64,000 bases of DNA from an uncultured Clostridia bacterium (lineage in GTDB: Bacteria; Bacillota; Clostridia; Oscillospirales; CAG-272). This document shows, one piece after another, positions 9,219-18,577 of this stretch. Both the position numbers and the translations under genes were made by a program. The notes under the pieces were generated by a model. It was not told where the DNA came from and ran no database searches. It was given only the letters and a program-made list of their open reading frames with translations. Every line of letters begins with the position of its first letter. Positions within the stretch are counted from its first letter, which is position 1. The stretch covers positions 50,571-114,570 of the forward strand of contig CALWJX010000002.1 in assembly GCA_944381085.1 (NCBI GenBank), in the 5' to 3' direction.

Positions 9219-12212
9219 ATGGATTTTATAGATAATCTTAATATAGATTTTGACGGGCAGACTGTAATTGGAATTGACATCGGGTCTACTACCGCGAAAA
9301 TTGTCGCCGTAAAAGACAACAGAGTTGTTTACTCCTGTTATGAGAGACATTTTTCACAGGTAAGACCCAAAACGCTTGAACTTATCAAAAGAGTCAAAGA
9401 CATTGTAAAAGATGACGGAATAAAAGTCGCGATATCCGGTTCGGCGGGGCTTGGAATGGCAAGGACTGCCGGAATCTCTTTTGTTCAGGAGGTTTTCGCT
9501 ACGGGTGAGACCGTAAAAAAATTTGAGCCTGACACGAGTGTCGTTATAGAGCTGGGCGGCGAGGACGCCAAAGTTATCTTTATAAAAGGCGGCATGGATG
9601 AAAGAATGAACGGTACCTGTGCCGGAGGCACAGGTGCATTTATTGACCAGATGGCAACGCTGCTTGCGGTTTCCGTAAGCGAGATGGATGAGTTGAGTCT
9701 GAAAGCTACGCGCGTTTATCCGATTGCCTCACGCTGCGGCGTTTTTGCCAAGACGGATATACAGCCCTTGCTCAATCAGGGAGCCGCGAAGGAAAATATC
9801 GCCGCGAGCATATATGCCGCCGTGGCTAATCAAACCATAGCGGGACTTGCTCAGGGAAGACGTATTGAAGGGAAGGTAATGTTTCTGGGAGGACCGTTGT
9901 ATTACTGCAAGGGACTGAGAAACGCCTTTAAAAAAGCTCTGAAGCTTGATGATGAAAACGCGGTATTTCCGGAATACGGTCTGTTTTCTGTTGCCCTTGG
10001 CGCCGCCATTTACGCCTCCGGACAAAAGGAAGTTTTTACATATGACGAGATAGAGTCAAAAATTGAGAAAAGTACACATGAGAGAACGGTCGCGCTTCAC
10101 GGAGAGCCTCTGTTTAAAAATCAGGAAGAATATGAGGAATTTAAGGCGCGTCACGCGAAAGCCTCGGTTGAATCTGTTTATCCTCCGGATTACAGAGACG
10201 GGGAAGCGTATCTGGGAATAGACTGCGGTTCTACAACGACCAAACTTGTGCTGATAGGTAAAAACGGTGAGATTCTTTACTCGTATTATGATTCCAATAA
10301 GGGCAATCCGGTTGAGATAGTCAGGGCGCAGCTTGAAGAGATCTATAAAATTTGCAAAGACAATATACAGATAAAGGCTTCCGCTGTTACCGGATACGGA
10401 GAGGATCTTATTAAAAACGCGTTTCATGTTGATTTCGGAATTGTGGAAACGATGGCGCACTTTACCGCCGCTCATCATTTCAACCCAAAGGTTGACTTCA
10501 TTCTGGACATAGGCGGTCAGGATATTAAATGCTTCAAGGTTAAAAATAACGCGATTGACAGTATAATGCTCAACGAGGCATGTTCTTCGGGATGCGGCTC
10601 GTTTATCGAGACATTTGCCCGTTCTATGGGCTACGGAATCGAGGAATTTTCAAAGCTCGGTCTTTTTTCCACGGGACCGGTGGATTTGGGCTCGAGATGT
10701 ACGGTTTTTATGAACTCGTCGGTAAAACAGGCTCAGAAAGACGGAGCCGACGTGGGGGATATCTCCGCCGGTCTTTCAAAGAGCGTTGTTAAAAACGCGA
10801 TCTATAAGGTTATCCGGGCTACAAGCGTGGAAGAGCTTGGCACTCAGATCGTGGTTCAGGGAGGTACTTTTTATAATGACGCCGTATTGCGCGCGTTTGA
10901 AAAGGAAATAGGCAGGGACGTAATCAGACCTTCTATAGCGGGGCTTATGGGCGCGTACGGCGCGGCGCTGTTCGCAAAGATGCAGAAGACAGAAAAGTCT
11001 TCCCTTATAGACAGAGAAAAGCTTGAAAAATTCACTCATACCTCGAAAGCCGCAAGCTGCCACGGATGTACCAACAACTGTCAGATAACCATCAATATTT
11101 TCAACGGCAACGAAAGATATGTTTCGGGCAACAAATGCGAAAAGGGAGCCGGACTCAAGGAAAGCTCTAAAGAAATTGAGCTTATACCCAATCTTCACAG
11201 ATATAAAAGAGATAAATTCCAAAAGCTTATGGACGACCCCGGAGACGGGACAAGAGGAACCGTAGGGCTTCCGCTGGCTTTGGGGATGTATGAGCTCGGT
11301 CCGCTGTGGTATACGTTTTTTAAAACGCTTGGGTATAAGGTGATTTTTTCGGGATTTTCAAACCGTTCGGTATACACAAAAGGACAGTATTCAATTCCGT
11401 CAGATACCGCGTGCTATCCGGCTAAGATTATGCACGGACATATAGAAACTCTCGTTGACAAAAACGCCGATATGATTTTCTATCCCTGTCTGACTTACAA
11501 TATCGATGAAAATATCAGCGATAACTGCTATAACTGCCCGGTAGTCGCCTATTATTCCGAATTGTTGTCCGGGAATATGGAGTCTTTGCGCAGTACCGAG
11601 TTTATATACCCTTATCTGAACATCAACAATAAAAAAGAGCTTGCTCAGGAGCTTTATTCCGTGTTTAAGGACAGGTCCGGAGGCTTTTCAAAGAAAGAAA
11701 TCAGAAACGCCGTGGATAAGGCGTTTGACGCTTACCGTGAATGGATGAAAGATATACGTGACGAAGGCGTTCGCGCGATAAAGTGGGCGGAGGAAAACGG
11801 CAAGCGGGTAATGATACTTGCCGGGCGTCCTTATCATATAGACCCGGAAATCGGTCACGGAATAGACAACCTTGCGGTGAGTCTCGGATTTTGCGTGGTA
11901 AGCGAGGACAGTATATCAGACCTCACGTCTCCTCCGAATGTCAATGTGCTCAATCAGTGGACATATCACGCGAGACTTTACGCAGCCGCGAAATACGCGA
12001 CCGAACACAGTAATACAGAGCTTGTTCAGTTGGTTTCTTTCGGATGCGGAATAGACGCTATAACCACGGACGAGGTTCGGGCTATACTTGAGGGCAAAAA
12101 CAAGCTGTATACGCAGATTAAAATAGATGAAATAACAAATTTGGGCGCTGTCAGGATACGCCTGAGAAGTCTTTTGGGCGCGCTTGACTTCGCCCGATAT
12201 TCCGATATTTGA
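9219..12212 (+). CDS. Fusion protein: two BcrAD/BadFG/HgdC-type activase ATPase modules plus a C-terminal dehydratase-like (DUF2229-type) domain
   Basis: Module 1: IGIDIGSTTAKIV...GGEDAKV...NGTCAGGTGAFID...SRCGVFAKTD. Module 2: LGIDCGSTTTKLV...GGQDIKC...NEACSSGCGSFIE...SRCTVFMNSS. Cys knot CHGCTNNC...C. Start at ATG 9219, with GGGAGGAG upstream. Confidence 0.85.
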   Translation: MDFIDNLNIDFDGQTVIGIDIGSTTAKIVAVKDNRVVYSCYERHFSQVRPKTLELIKRVKDIVKDDGIKVAISGSAGLGMARTAGISFVQEVFATGETVKKFEPDTSVVIELGGEDAKVIFIKGGMDERMNGTCAGGTGAFIDQMATLLAVSVSEMDELSLKATRVYPIASRCGVFAKTDIQPLLNQGAAKENIAASIYAAVANQTIAGLAQGRRIEGKVMFLGGPLYYCKGLRNAFKKALKLDDENAVFPEYGLFSVALGAAIYASGQKEVFTYDEIESKIEKSTHERTVALHGEPLFKNQEEYEEFKARHAKASVESVYPPDYRDGEAYLGIDCGSTTTKLVLIGKNGEILYSYYDSNKGNPVEIVRAQLEEIYKICKDNIQIKASAVTGYGEDLIKNAFHVDFGIVETMAHFTAAHHFNPKVDFILDIGGQDIKCFKVKNNAIDSIMLNEACSSGCGSFIETFARSMGYGIEEFSKLGLFSTGPVDLGSRCTVFMNSSVKQAQKDGADVGDISAGLSKSVVKNAIYKVIRATSVEELGTQIVVQGGTFYNDAVLRAFEKEIGRDVIRPSIAGLMGAYGAALFAKMQKTEKSSLIDREKLEKFTHTSKAASCHGCTNNCQITINIFNGNERYVSGNKCEKGAGLKESSKEIELIPNLHRYKRDKFQKLMDDPGDGTRGTVGLPLALGMYELGPLWYTFFKTLGYKVIFSGFSNRSVYTKGQYSIPSDTACYPAKIMHGHIETLVDKNADMIFYPCLTYNIDENISDNCYNCPVVAYYSELLSGNMESLRSTEFIYPYLNINNKKELAQELYSVFKDRSGGFSKKEIRNAVDKAFDAYREWMKDIRDEGVRAIKWAEENGKRVMILAGRPYHIDPEIGHGIDNLAVSLGFCVVSEDSISDLTSPPNVNVLNQWTYHARLYAAAKYATEHSNTELVQLVSFGCGIDAITTDEVRAILEGKNKLYTQIKIDEITNLGAVRIRLRSLLGALDFARYSDI

Positions 12213-12234
12213 ACTGTAAAGGATTTAGTATAAG

Positions 12235-13539
12235 ATGAACGATAACAAAAACACCTGCGCTTTTGCCGATGCTGAACAGGACGGACGGGTCGTATTCACT
12301 GAGGAGATGAAAAAAGATTACACCATTCTGCTGCCGAATATGCTTCCGAGACATTTCAGGATCCTTTCAAAGGTTTTTCAGTTTTACGGTTATCATACTG
12401 TTCTGCTTGAGGAAAACAGCGAGGAGGAGGCGAGAAAGGTAATAGACGCCGGACTGAGAAGTGTACATAACGACGCCTGTTATCCGGCATTGCTTGTCAT
12501 AGGTCAGTTTATCAGCGCGCTTGAAAGCGGGAAATATGACCCTCATAAAACCGCGCTGATGATGACACAGACCGGCGGAGGATGCCGCGCGTCCAACTAT
12601 ATATCCCTGATAAGAAAGGCGCTTAAAAAAGCGGGTTTCGGTTATGTCCCGGTAATATCTCTTAATTTTTCGGGGCTTGAGGACAATCCCGGATTTAAGA
12701 TAACAATACCGATGATTCACAGAGCGCTTTACGCGGTGCTTTACGGAGATCTACTGATGTCTCTGATTAATCAGACCCGCCCATATGAGACGGTAAAGGG
12801 AAGCGCGGAGGCGCTTGCGGACAAATGGGTAGACCGCCTGGTTGATGAGATGACCCACCATACCATTCGTTACTCCGCGGTAAAAAAGAATTATGACCGA
12901 ATAGTCTCCGATTTCGCCAAAATCGAGAAAACCAAAGAAAAAAAGGTCAAGGTGGGAATTGTCGGGGAAATATTTGTTAAATTTTCTCCGCTTGGCAATA
13001 ATAATCTTGAGGATTTTCTGGTTTCCGAAAACGCGGAACCGGTTATGGCGGGTCTTGTCGATTTTCTTTTGTACTGCATGTATAACCCTGTTGTGGACGC
13101 AAGACTGTACGGAAAAGGGAAAAAGACCGTATTTATATATAAAGCGGTATGCGCTTTTATTCAAAAAAAGCAAAATGATCTGATTAAGGCTATAAAAAAA
13201 GAGGGCAGCTTTACTCCGCCTTCCCGCTTTAAAAACACCCTGACGGCAAATGAAGGATATATCAGCAGCGGTGTAAAGATGGGAGAGGGATGGCTGCTTA
13301 CCGCCGAAATGCTTGAGCTTATACATGATGGCGTAAACAATATTGTCTGCGCCCAGCCTTTCGGATGTTTGCCCAATCACATCGTGGGTAAAGGAATGAT
13401 GAAGCCCATCAAAGAAAAACATCCCGATGTGAATATTGTCGCAATTGATTATGACCCGGGAGCAACCAGGATAAACCAGGAAAACAGGATTAAACTTATG
13501 CTCGCCAACGCAAACGAAGCTATGACCGTAAATGCCTGA
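12235..13539 (+). CDS. 2-hydroxyacyl-CoA dehydratase / benzoyl-CoA reductase subunit-like protein (HgdB/D-component family)
   Basis: NDACYPALLV, GGGCRASNY and CAQPFGCLPNH motifs are paralogous to the C-terminal domain of the preceding gene. The gap between the two genes is 22 nt. Confidence 0.75.
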   Translation: MNDNKNTCAFADAEQDGRVVFTEEMKKDYTILLPNMLPRHFRILSKVFQFYGYHTVLLEENSEEEARKVIDAGLRSVHNDACYPALLVIGQFISALESGKYDPHKTALMMTQTGGGCRASNYISLIRKALKKAGFGYVPVISLNFSGLEDNPGFKITIPMIHRALYAVLYGDLLMSLINQTRPYETVKGSAEALADKWVDRLVDEMTHHTIRYSAVKKNYDRIVSDFAKIEKTKEKKVKVGIVGEIFVKFSPLGNNNLEDFLVSENAEPVMAGLVDFLLYCMYNPVVDARLYGKGKKTVFIYKAVCAFIQKKQNDLIKAIKKEGSFTPPSRFKNTLTANEGYISSGVKMGEGWLLTAEMLELIHDGVNNIVCAQPFGCLPNHIVGKGMMKPIKEKHPDVNIVAIDYDPGATRINQENRIKLMLANANEAMTVNA

Positions 13540-13837
13540 ATTATGAATAATATCATAGCTCGTTCATGCTGACTGTCCGCGTGCCCTTCGGCATATTTTC
13601 AATCGAAGTCTATATACGGAAAGCATGAGTCCCCTTCATGCTTGTTGTGTGAAAAATATTCTCAAAATCCGTACATTACGGATAGTGTGAACACGCTTAA
13701 GCATAATATTAAATGAGGGGCAGAGCCCCATAATTCAATGTTTTCATTGGGAGATCGTATCTCCCCGCTTAAAATATCAAGCGGCGTCTGACTCTTAAAG
13801 GGAACATATTAATTTAGATATATGAGAGGATTTTAAC

Positions 13838-14311
13838 ATGGGAAAATTCAAGGAAAAAATGTACCGGTTTATGTATGGCAGATACGGTATCGACGACTTG
13901 TATAAGTTTTGCTTTTGGGTCATTATTGTGCTTCTTGCGGTCAATTTAATACTGTCTTTTGTTATTACAAATCAGACTGCCGAAATAGTAGTTACAACAT
14001 CGCTTTTCGTGTTGATACTGTTTCTGATGATATGGAATATAGCCAGAAGCTATTCCAGAAAAATCGAATCCCGCAGAAAGGAGAACGCGGCTTTTATGAA
14101 ACTGAAAAAAAAGATAAAAATGTTTTTCACCGGCAATACCTCGTCAAAAAGCAAAAGCGGAAATATTGATTCGGCGGAATATATTTTCCGTGATTGTCCG
14201 AATTGCTCGTCCGTATTGAGACTTCCGAGAAAAGACGGGAAAAATAAGGTAAAATGCCCCCGTTGCTCTCACAGCTTTTATGTAAAGTCAAAGCCTTACA
14301 AATCCAAATGA
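13838..14311 (+). CDS. Membrane protein with a C-terminal zinc ribbon
   Basis: Two TM helices, then CPNC...(17)...CPRC. SD GAGAGGA lies 7 nt upstream. Confidence 0.65.
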   Translation: MGKFKEKMYRFMYGRYGIDDLYKFCFWVIIVLLAVNLILSFVITNQTAEIVVTTSLFVLILFLMIWNIARSYSRKIESRRKENAAFMKLKKKIKMFFTGNTSSKSKSGNIDSAEYIFRDCPNCSSVLRLPRKDGKNKVKCPRCSHSFYVKSKPYKSK

Positions 14312-14387
14312 CTTGTAAATACCCGGATAATCGCCTGTCTGTAATTTATATTTAACATTTATTGCTTAAGATTTAATATTGCCTGTA

Positions 14388-14416
14388 TTGACATATTTGT
14401 ACATATATGTTAAAAT
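14388..14416 (+). promoter_or_regulatory. Candidate sigma-A promoter for pyk
   Basis: TTGACA, 17-nt spacer, TAAAAT. Confidence 0.5.
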
Positions 14417-14459
14417 TATAATGTGAATAATTTGTGTCAGATAAAGAGGAAGTAATGTA

Positions 14460-15890
14460 ATGATTACATTAAGAAAAACAAAAATAATATGTACAATGGG
14501 ACCGAAAAGCCTTGACGAAAAAGTGATAGAGGATATGCTTAAGTCGGGCATGAATATCGCGAGATTTAACTTTTCTCACGGGGATCATGAATATCATAAA
14601 AAGGGAATTGAAATGTTCCGTAAGGTAAGAGACAAGCTCAAACTTCCCGCGGCAGTGTTATTGGATACAAAGGGACCCGAAATACGAATCGGAAAATTTG
14701 AGAGCGAATCCGGTATATTTCTTGAAAAGGGACAATTATTTACCCTTACGGTAAATGATACGGCGGGCAACGATGAGAGGGTATCCGTGTCATATAAAAA
14801 TCTTCCGAAAAATCTATCGGTAGGCGACCGGGTGCTTATAGATGACGGGCGGATAGATATGACGGTCGAAAAGCTGACGGATACCGATATAATATGCCGT
14901 GTTATGTCAGGAGGAGCACTTACGGAAAAAAAAGGTGTGAATATACCTCATGTTCATATAGATATGCCGTATATAAGCGAAAAGGACGAGGCTGATCTTC
15001 GATTCGGCGTGGAGATGAATGTGGATTTTATAGCGGCGTCATTTGTAAGAAGCCGCGATGATGTGATAGCTTTGCGTAAATTTATTGATTACTACGGCGG
15101 TCATGATATTAAAATAATAGCAAAAATAGAAAATTACGACGGAGTTAAAAATTTTGATGAAATTCTCGCCAACTGCGACGGCATTATGGTCGCGCGCGGT
15201 GATATGGGTGTGGAGATTGAATTTGAAAAACTTCCGGGAATACAGAAGAAATTTATAAGAAAATGTTATCAGGCGGGTAAAATGGTAATTACCGCCACCC
15301 AGATGCTTGAAACCATGATTCATTCCATGACGCCTACAAGAGCTGAGATTACAGATGTGGCAAACGCGGTTTTTGACGGCACCTCGGCGGTTATGCTTTC
15401 GGGAGAGACCGCGATGGGCGACCATCCGGCGCATGTTGTAAGAGTAATGTCCAAAATCGCTCTGCAGGCGGAAAAAGACGCCATGGATATGCATATATAT
15501 GAGGGCGTGCACTATGACTTCGATTATTCGGATACTACAAACGCGATATGCGACGCGGCGTGTACAACGGCGCGGGATATAAACGCGAAGGCAATCATAG
15601 CGGTCACAAAATCCGGCACCACGGCGCGAAGAGTATCGAAATTCAGACCGCACGAGCCTATTGTGGCGGCAACGCCCGATGAAAAGACATTTCACCAATT
15701 GTCTCTGTCGTGGGGTGTATTTCCGGTACTCGCGATAAATCAGGACAATACCGACAGTCTGTTTAAGCACGCGATAGACTGCGCGAGACGTCTTGATATC
15801 GTTAGCGCGGGAGATAAAGTCGTAATAACAGCCGGAGTCCCGTTAAAGCTTTCGGGAACCACAAATTTACTCAAGGTACAGATTGTCTGA
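14460..15890 (+). CDS. pyk: Pyruvate kinase
   Basis: KIICTMGP, NFSHG, MVARGDMGVE and SGETA motifs. 476 aa. Confidence 0.95.
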   Translation: MITLRKTKIICTMGPKSLDEKVIEDMLKSGMNIARFNFSHGDHEYHKKGIEMFRKVRDKLKLPAAVLLDTKGPEIRIGKFESESGIFLEKGQLFTLTVNDTAGNDERVSVSYKNLPKNLSVGDRVLIDDGRIDMTVEKLTDTDIICRVMSGGALTEKKGVNIPHVHIDMPYISEKDEADLRFGVEMNVDFIAASFVRSRDDVIALRKFIDYYGGHDIKIIAKIENYDGVKNFDEILANCDGIMVARGDMGVEIEFEKLPGIQKKFIRKCYQAGKMVITATQMLETMIHSMTPTRAEITDVANAVFDGTSAVMLSGETAMGDHPAHVVRVMSKIALQAEKDAMDMHIYEGVHYDFDYSDTTNAICDAACTTARDINAKAIIAVTKSGTTARRVSKFRPHEPIVAATPDEKTFHQLSLSWGVFPVLAINQDNTDSLFKHAIDCARRLDIVSAGDKVVITAGVPLKLSGTTNLLKVQIV

Positions 15891-15906
15891 CAGAAAGAAG
15901 AGCATA

Positions 15907-15962
15907 GCGTGAAAATATATTGCATCTCATAAAGGCAGGATGATTTCACGCATAAATTTTTT
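15907..15962 (+). terminator. Probable pyk terminator
   Basis: GCGTGAAA / TTTCACGC stem (15907-15914 / 15944-15951) followed by ATAAATTTTTTC. The loop is long, so confidence is moderate. Confidence 0.45.
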
Positions 15963-15973
15963 CTGAAAAACTA

Positions 15974-16019
15974 ATTGTTTTGTAAGGTAAATTGTTTTGC
16001 ATAGGCAAATTATTTTGCA
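15974..16019 (+). repeat. Three tandem direct repeats AATTGTTTTGYA upstream of the MBL-fold gene
   Basis: AATTGTTTTGTA (15974), AATTGTTTTGCA (15990), AATTATTTTGCA (16008). Spacing is 16 and 18 nt. Confidence 0.7.
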
Positions 16020-16063
16020 GTGAAAAAGAAATGAGCCGCATTTGACGGCATGGGGGGATTAAT

Positions 16064-16987
16064 ATGGCGACAAAGAAAAGACGCAGAAAAATAACGCCGG
16101 TAGTTATTATATTTGTTCTTATAGCGGCTGTCGCGGCGGTAATATACGGCGCGGTGACCGGAAAGTTTTCCGGAGATGAAAACCAGACTTTGGCTACGCC
16201 GCCTGTAGTTCCTGACGAGGGAACTATAAATGTGCATTTTATTGACGTCGGGCAGGCGGACTGTATACTGTTTATGACTGAGGACGGCAATATGATAATA
16301 GACGCCGGTACAAACAGTTCCGAGGATGAGCTGAAGCTTTATCTTGATAATCTGGGCATTACCTCGTTTAAATACGCGGTGTTTACTCACTTTCATGAGG
16401 ACCATATAGGCGGGGCAGACCTTATCATGAATAATTATGATGTGGAAAACGTAATTTTGCCCGACGCCGTTGCCACTACCGTTACATACGAAAAACTTAT
16501 GGACGCGATTGAAAAGAGCGACGCTAAGGTAACGGTTGCGGTTCCGGGTGAAACTTTCTATATCGGGGCATTGCAGAACACTATACTCGCGCCCAACAGC
16601 GCACATGAGGACAACGCAAACAATACAAGCGTCGTGCTTAAGACCGAGTACGGCAATACCTCATTTATGCTTACCGGCGACGCGGAGGTTGAGTCGGAAG
16701 AAGAAATACTTGAAAAATTCGGGGCGGACGCTCTCAAATGCGATCTTTTGAAAATGGGTCATCACGGCTCCAGTACATCTACTTCAGACGAGTTTTTGAA
16801 GGCGGTTTCCCCGTCGATAGCGGTGATCTCATGCGGAGTTGACAATTCCTACGGGCATCCCCACGCGGAAACGCTTGAAAAGCTCAACAATGCCGGAATT
16901 AAATATTACAGGACGGATTTGCTTGGGTCTGTTGTATTCAAAAGTGACGGCGAGAGCATTACATTTGTGGAAAACAATAAAAAATAG
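16064..16987 (+). CDS. Membrane-anchored MBL-fold metallo-hydrolase (ComEC/Rec2 C-terminal-domain-like)
   Basis: N-terminal TM, then HFIDVGQADC, FTHFHEDHIGG and MGHHGS motifs. Confidence 0.8.
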   Translation: MATKKRRRKITPVVIIFVLIAAVAAVIYGAVTGKFSGDENQTLATPPVVPDEGTINVHFIDVGQADCILFMTEDGNMIIDAGTNSSEDELKLYLDNLGITSFKYAVFTHFHEDHIGGADLIMNNYDVENVILPDAVATTVTYEKLMDAIEKSDAKVTVAVPGETFYIGALQNTILAPNSAHEDNANNTSVVLKTEYGNTSFMLTGDAEVESEEEILEKFGADALKCDLLKMGHHGSSTSTSDEFLKAVSPSIAVISCGVDNSYGHPHAETLEKLNNAGIKYYRTDLLGSVVFKSDGESITFVENNKK

Positions 16988-17006
16988 AGATTTATTTGAG
17001 TTTAGG

Positions 17007-17031
17007 AAAAGGGCTTTTTCAGCCCTTTTTT
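17007..17031 (+). terminator. Rho-independent terminator
   Basis: AAAAGGGCT / AGCCCTTTT stem, 5-nt loop, T-run. Confidence 0.8.
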
Positions 17032-17069
17032 AAATTTTGGTCAACTGTCCGGAAAATTTATTAAATGTA

Positions 17070-17098
17070 TTGAACTTTCGGGGATGCTATGATATAAT
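17070..17098 (+). promoter_or_regulatory. Candidate sigma-A promoter for the XRE regulator operon
   Basis: TTGAAC, 17-nt spacer, TATAAT. Confidence 0.5.
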
Positions 17099-17167
17099 TT
17101 ATGTGACGCGGAAATGATATGAAGAACAGATTGCCGTGCGCTAAGGTTTATCGGAACAGAGGAAGAT

Positions 17168-18079
17168 ATGGAAATAGGGAAAAAAATCAGAGAGCTGAGA
17201 AACGCTAAATTAATGACACAATCCGAACTTGCGGGTGATGAAATAACACGGAACATGCTTTCAAAAATCGAAAACGACGCGGCGTTGCCATCGCTCGGAA
17301 CGGTTATATATCTTGCCGATAAGCTCGGCGTGCCCGCAGGGTATTTGATTGCGGATAGTGATGACGAGTTTACTTATCGTAAAATGAACGAAATGAAAAA
17401 TATCAGAAGAGCGTATACCGACAAAAACTTTGAGCTGTGCAGAGATATATGTATTAGTTCGTTGGGAGGCAGTGACGATGAAACCGAACTGATACTTGCG
17501 GAATGCTGTCTGAATATGGGAGAGGAATATATCAACTCAGGACAATTGCATAAGGCATGTGCAATCCTTGACGAAGCCGCCGTTCATGCCGGGAAAACGA
17601 TATACAACACTGATGTGATTGTCTGTGCGGTTGCTTCAATGTTTTACTTTATGAGAAAAATATCGCCGTCGTTTGTTTCCGAGGAGATAGATAATGACAA
17701 AAATAACGACTTTTCACTTGTCTTGTCATGTACAAACAAACTGTGCAGGTATATTTACGCTCTTGAACTGCTTGAGTGTAACAATTTTTCAATTGCGGAA
17801 AAATATGTTGAATATGAAACGGATATTAAGGATATTTACTCTCAGCTATATCTTTTACACATTAAAGCCCGTCTGAAAATGAAAGACCGGGACTACGGCA
17901 GGGCGCTCGACTGTCTTTATGAGATAATAAAATCGGACGAAGTTCCTCCGAAAATATTGGTTTATCTGGCATGTTGCGATATTGAGATATGCTGCAGAGA
18001 AACCGGGGATTATAAGGGCGCGTACGAGTATTCAGCCACACGTATGTCTATAGCCGAGTCGATGCTTTCGGATGTATGA
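17168..18079 (+). CDS. XRE-family HTH regulator with a helical-repeat (TPR-like) C-terminal domain
   Basis: IRELRNAKLMTQSELAG...MLSKIENDAALPSLGTVIYLADKLGV is a Cro/C1 HTH. The remaining ~230 aa are helical repeats by inspection. Confidence 0.75.
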   Translation: MEIGKKIRELRNAKLMTQSELAGDEITRNMLSKIENDAALPSLGTVIYLADKLGVPAGYLIADSDDEFTYRKMNEMKNIRRAYTDKNFELCRDICISSLGGSDDETELILAECCLNMGEEYINSGQLHKACAILDEAAVHAGKTIYNTDVIVCAVASMFYFMRKISPSFVSEEIDNDKNNDFSLVLSCTNKLCRYIYALELLECNNFSIAEKYVEYETDIKDIYSQLYLLHIKARLKMKDRDYGRALDCLYEIIKSDEVPPKILVYLACCDIEICCRETGDYKGAYEYSATRMSIAESMLSDV

Positions 18080-18098
18080 CTTTTAAGGAGGTTATAAG

Positions 18099-18554
18099 AT
18101 GAGGCGAACAGGGTCATGGATAACAATTATGTCAATTTTATTGTCGATTGTTTTATCGGCGATATCCTGCTCAAGCTATTCTGATTTTTCGCATGAATAT
18201 TATGGCGGAGATACAATGAACGGAGAAATGCTGTCGGAAATTCTGGAGTCGCTTTTTGCGGACACAAAGGAGGATGAGACGGGTATTTCGGAAAGCGGAT
18301 TGATTGCCGGAGAAACAAGAGAAGAATTTACCGAAGAAAATAAAACCGAAAATACATCAGCCGAATCAAACTCGCAGACAGAGAGCGGGCATTCGGAGCA
18401 GGATTTATTTTATTGGACAGAGAACGGGGAAGTGTGGCATAAATCAAAGGACTGTAGATATTTAAGCAACTCAAAGGAAATCATCTGCGGCACTTATTCG
18501 GATGCAATAAATGCCGGTAAGGTCAGACCGTGCTCGGCTTGCTGCAAAAATTAA
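18099..18554 (+). CDS. Secreted or lipid-anchored acidic protein with a C-terminal Cys motif
   Basis: Signal-like N-terminus ending ...LSAISC. Acidic middle region. C-terminal WHKSKDCRYL...(27)...CSACC. AAGGAGG lies 7 nt upstream, and the gene starts 19 nt after the regulator. Confidence 0.6.
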   Translation: MRRTGSWITIMSILLSIVLSAISCSSYSDFSHEYYGGDTMNGEMLSEILESLFADTKEDETGISESGLIAGETREEFTEENKTENTSAESNSQTESGHSEQDLFYWTENGEVWHKSKDCRYLSNSKEIICGTYSDAINAGKVRPCSACCKN

Positions 18555-18577
18555 ATATATTGAATGTATGAAAAAAT

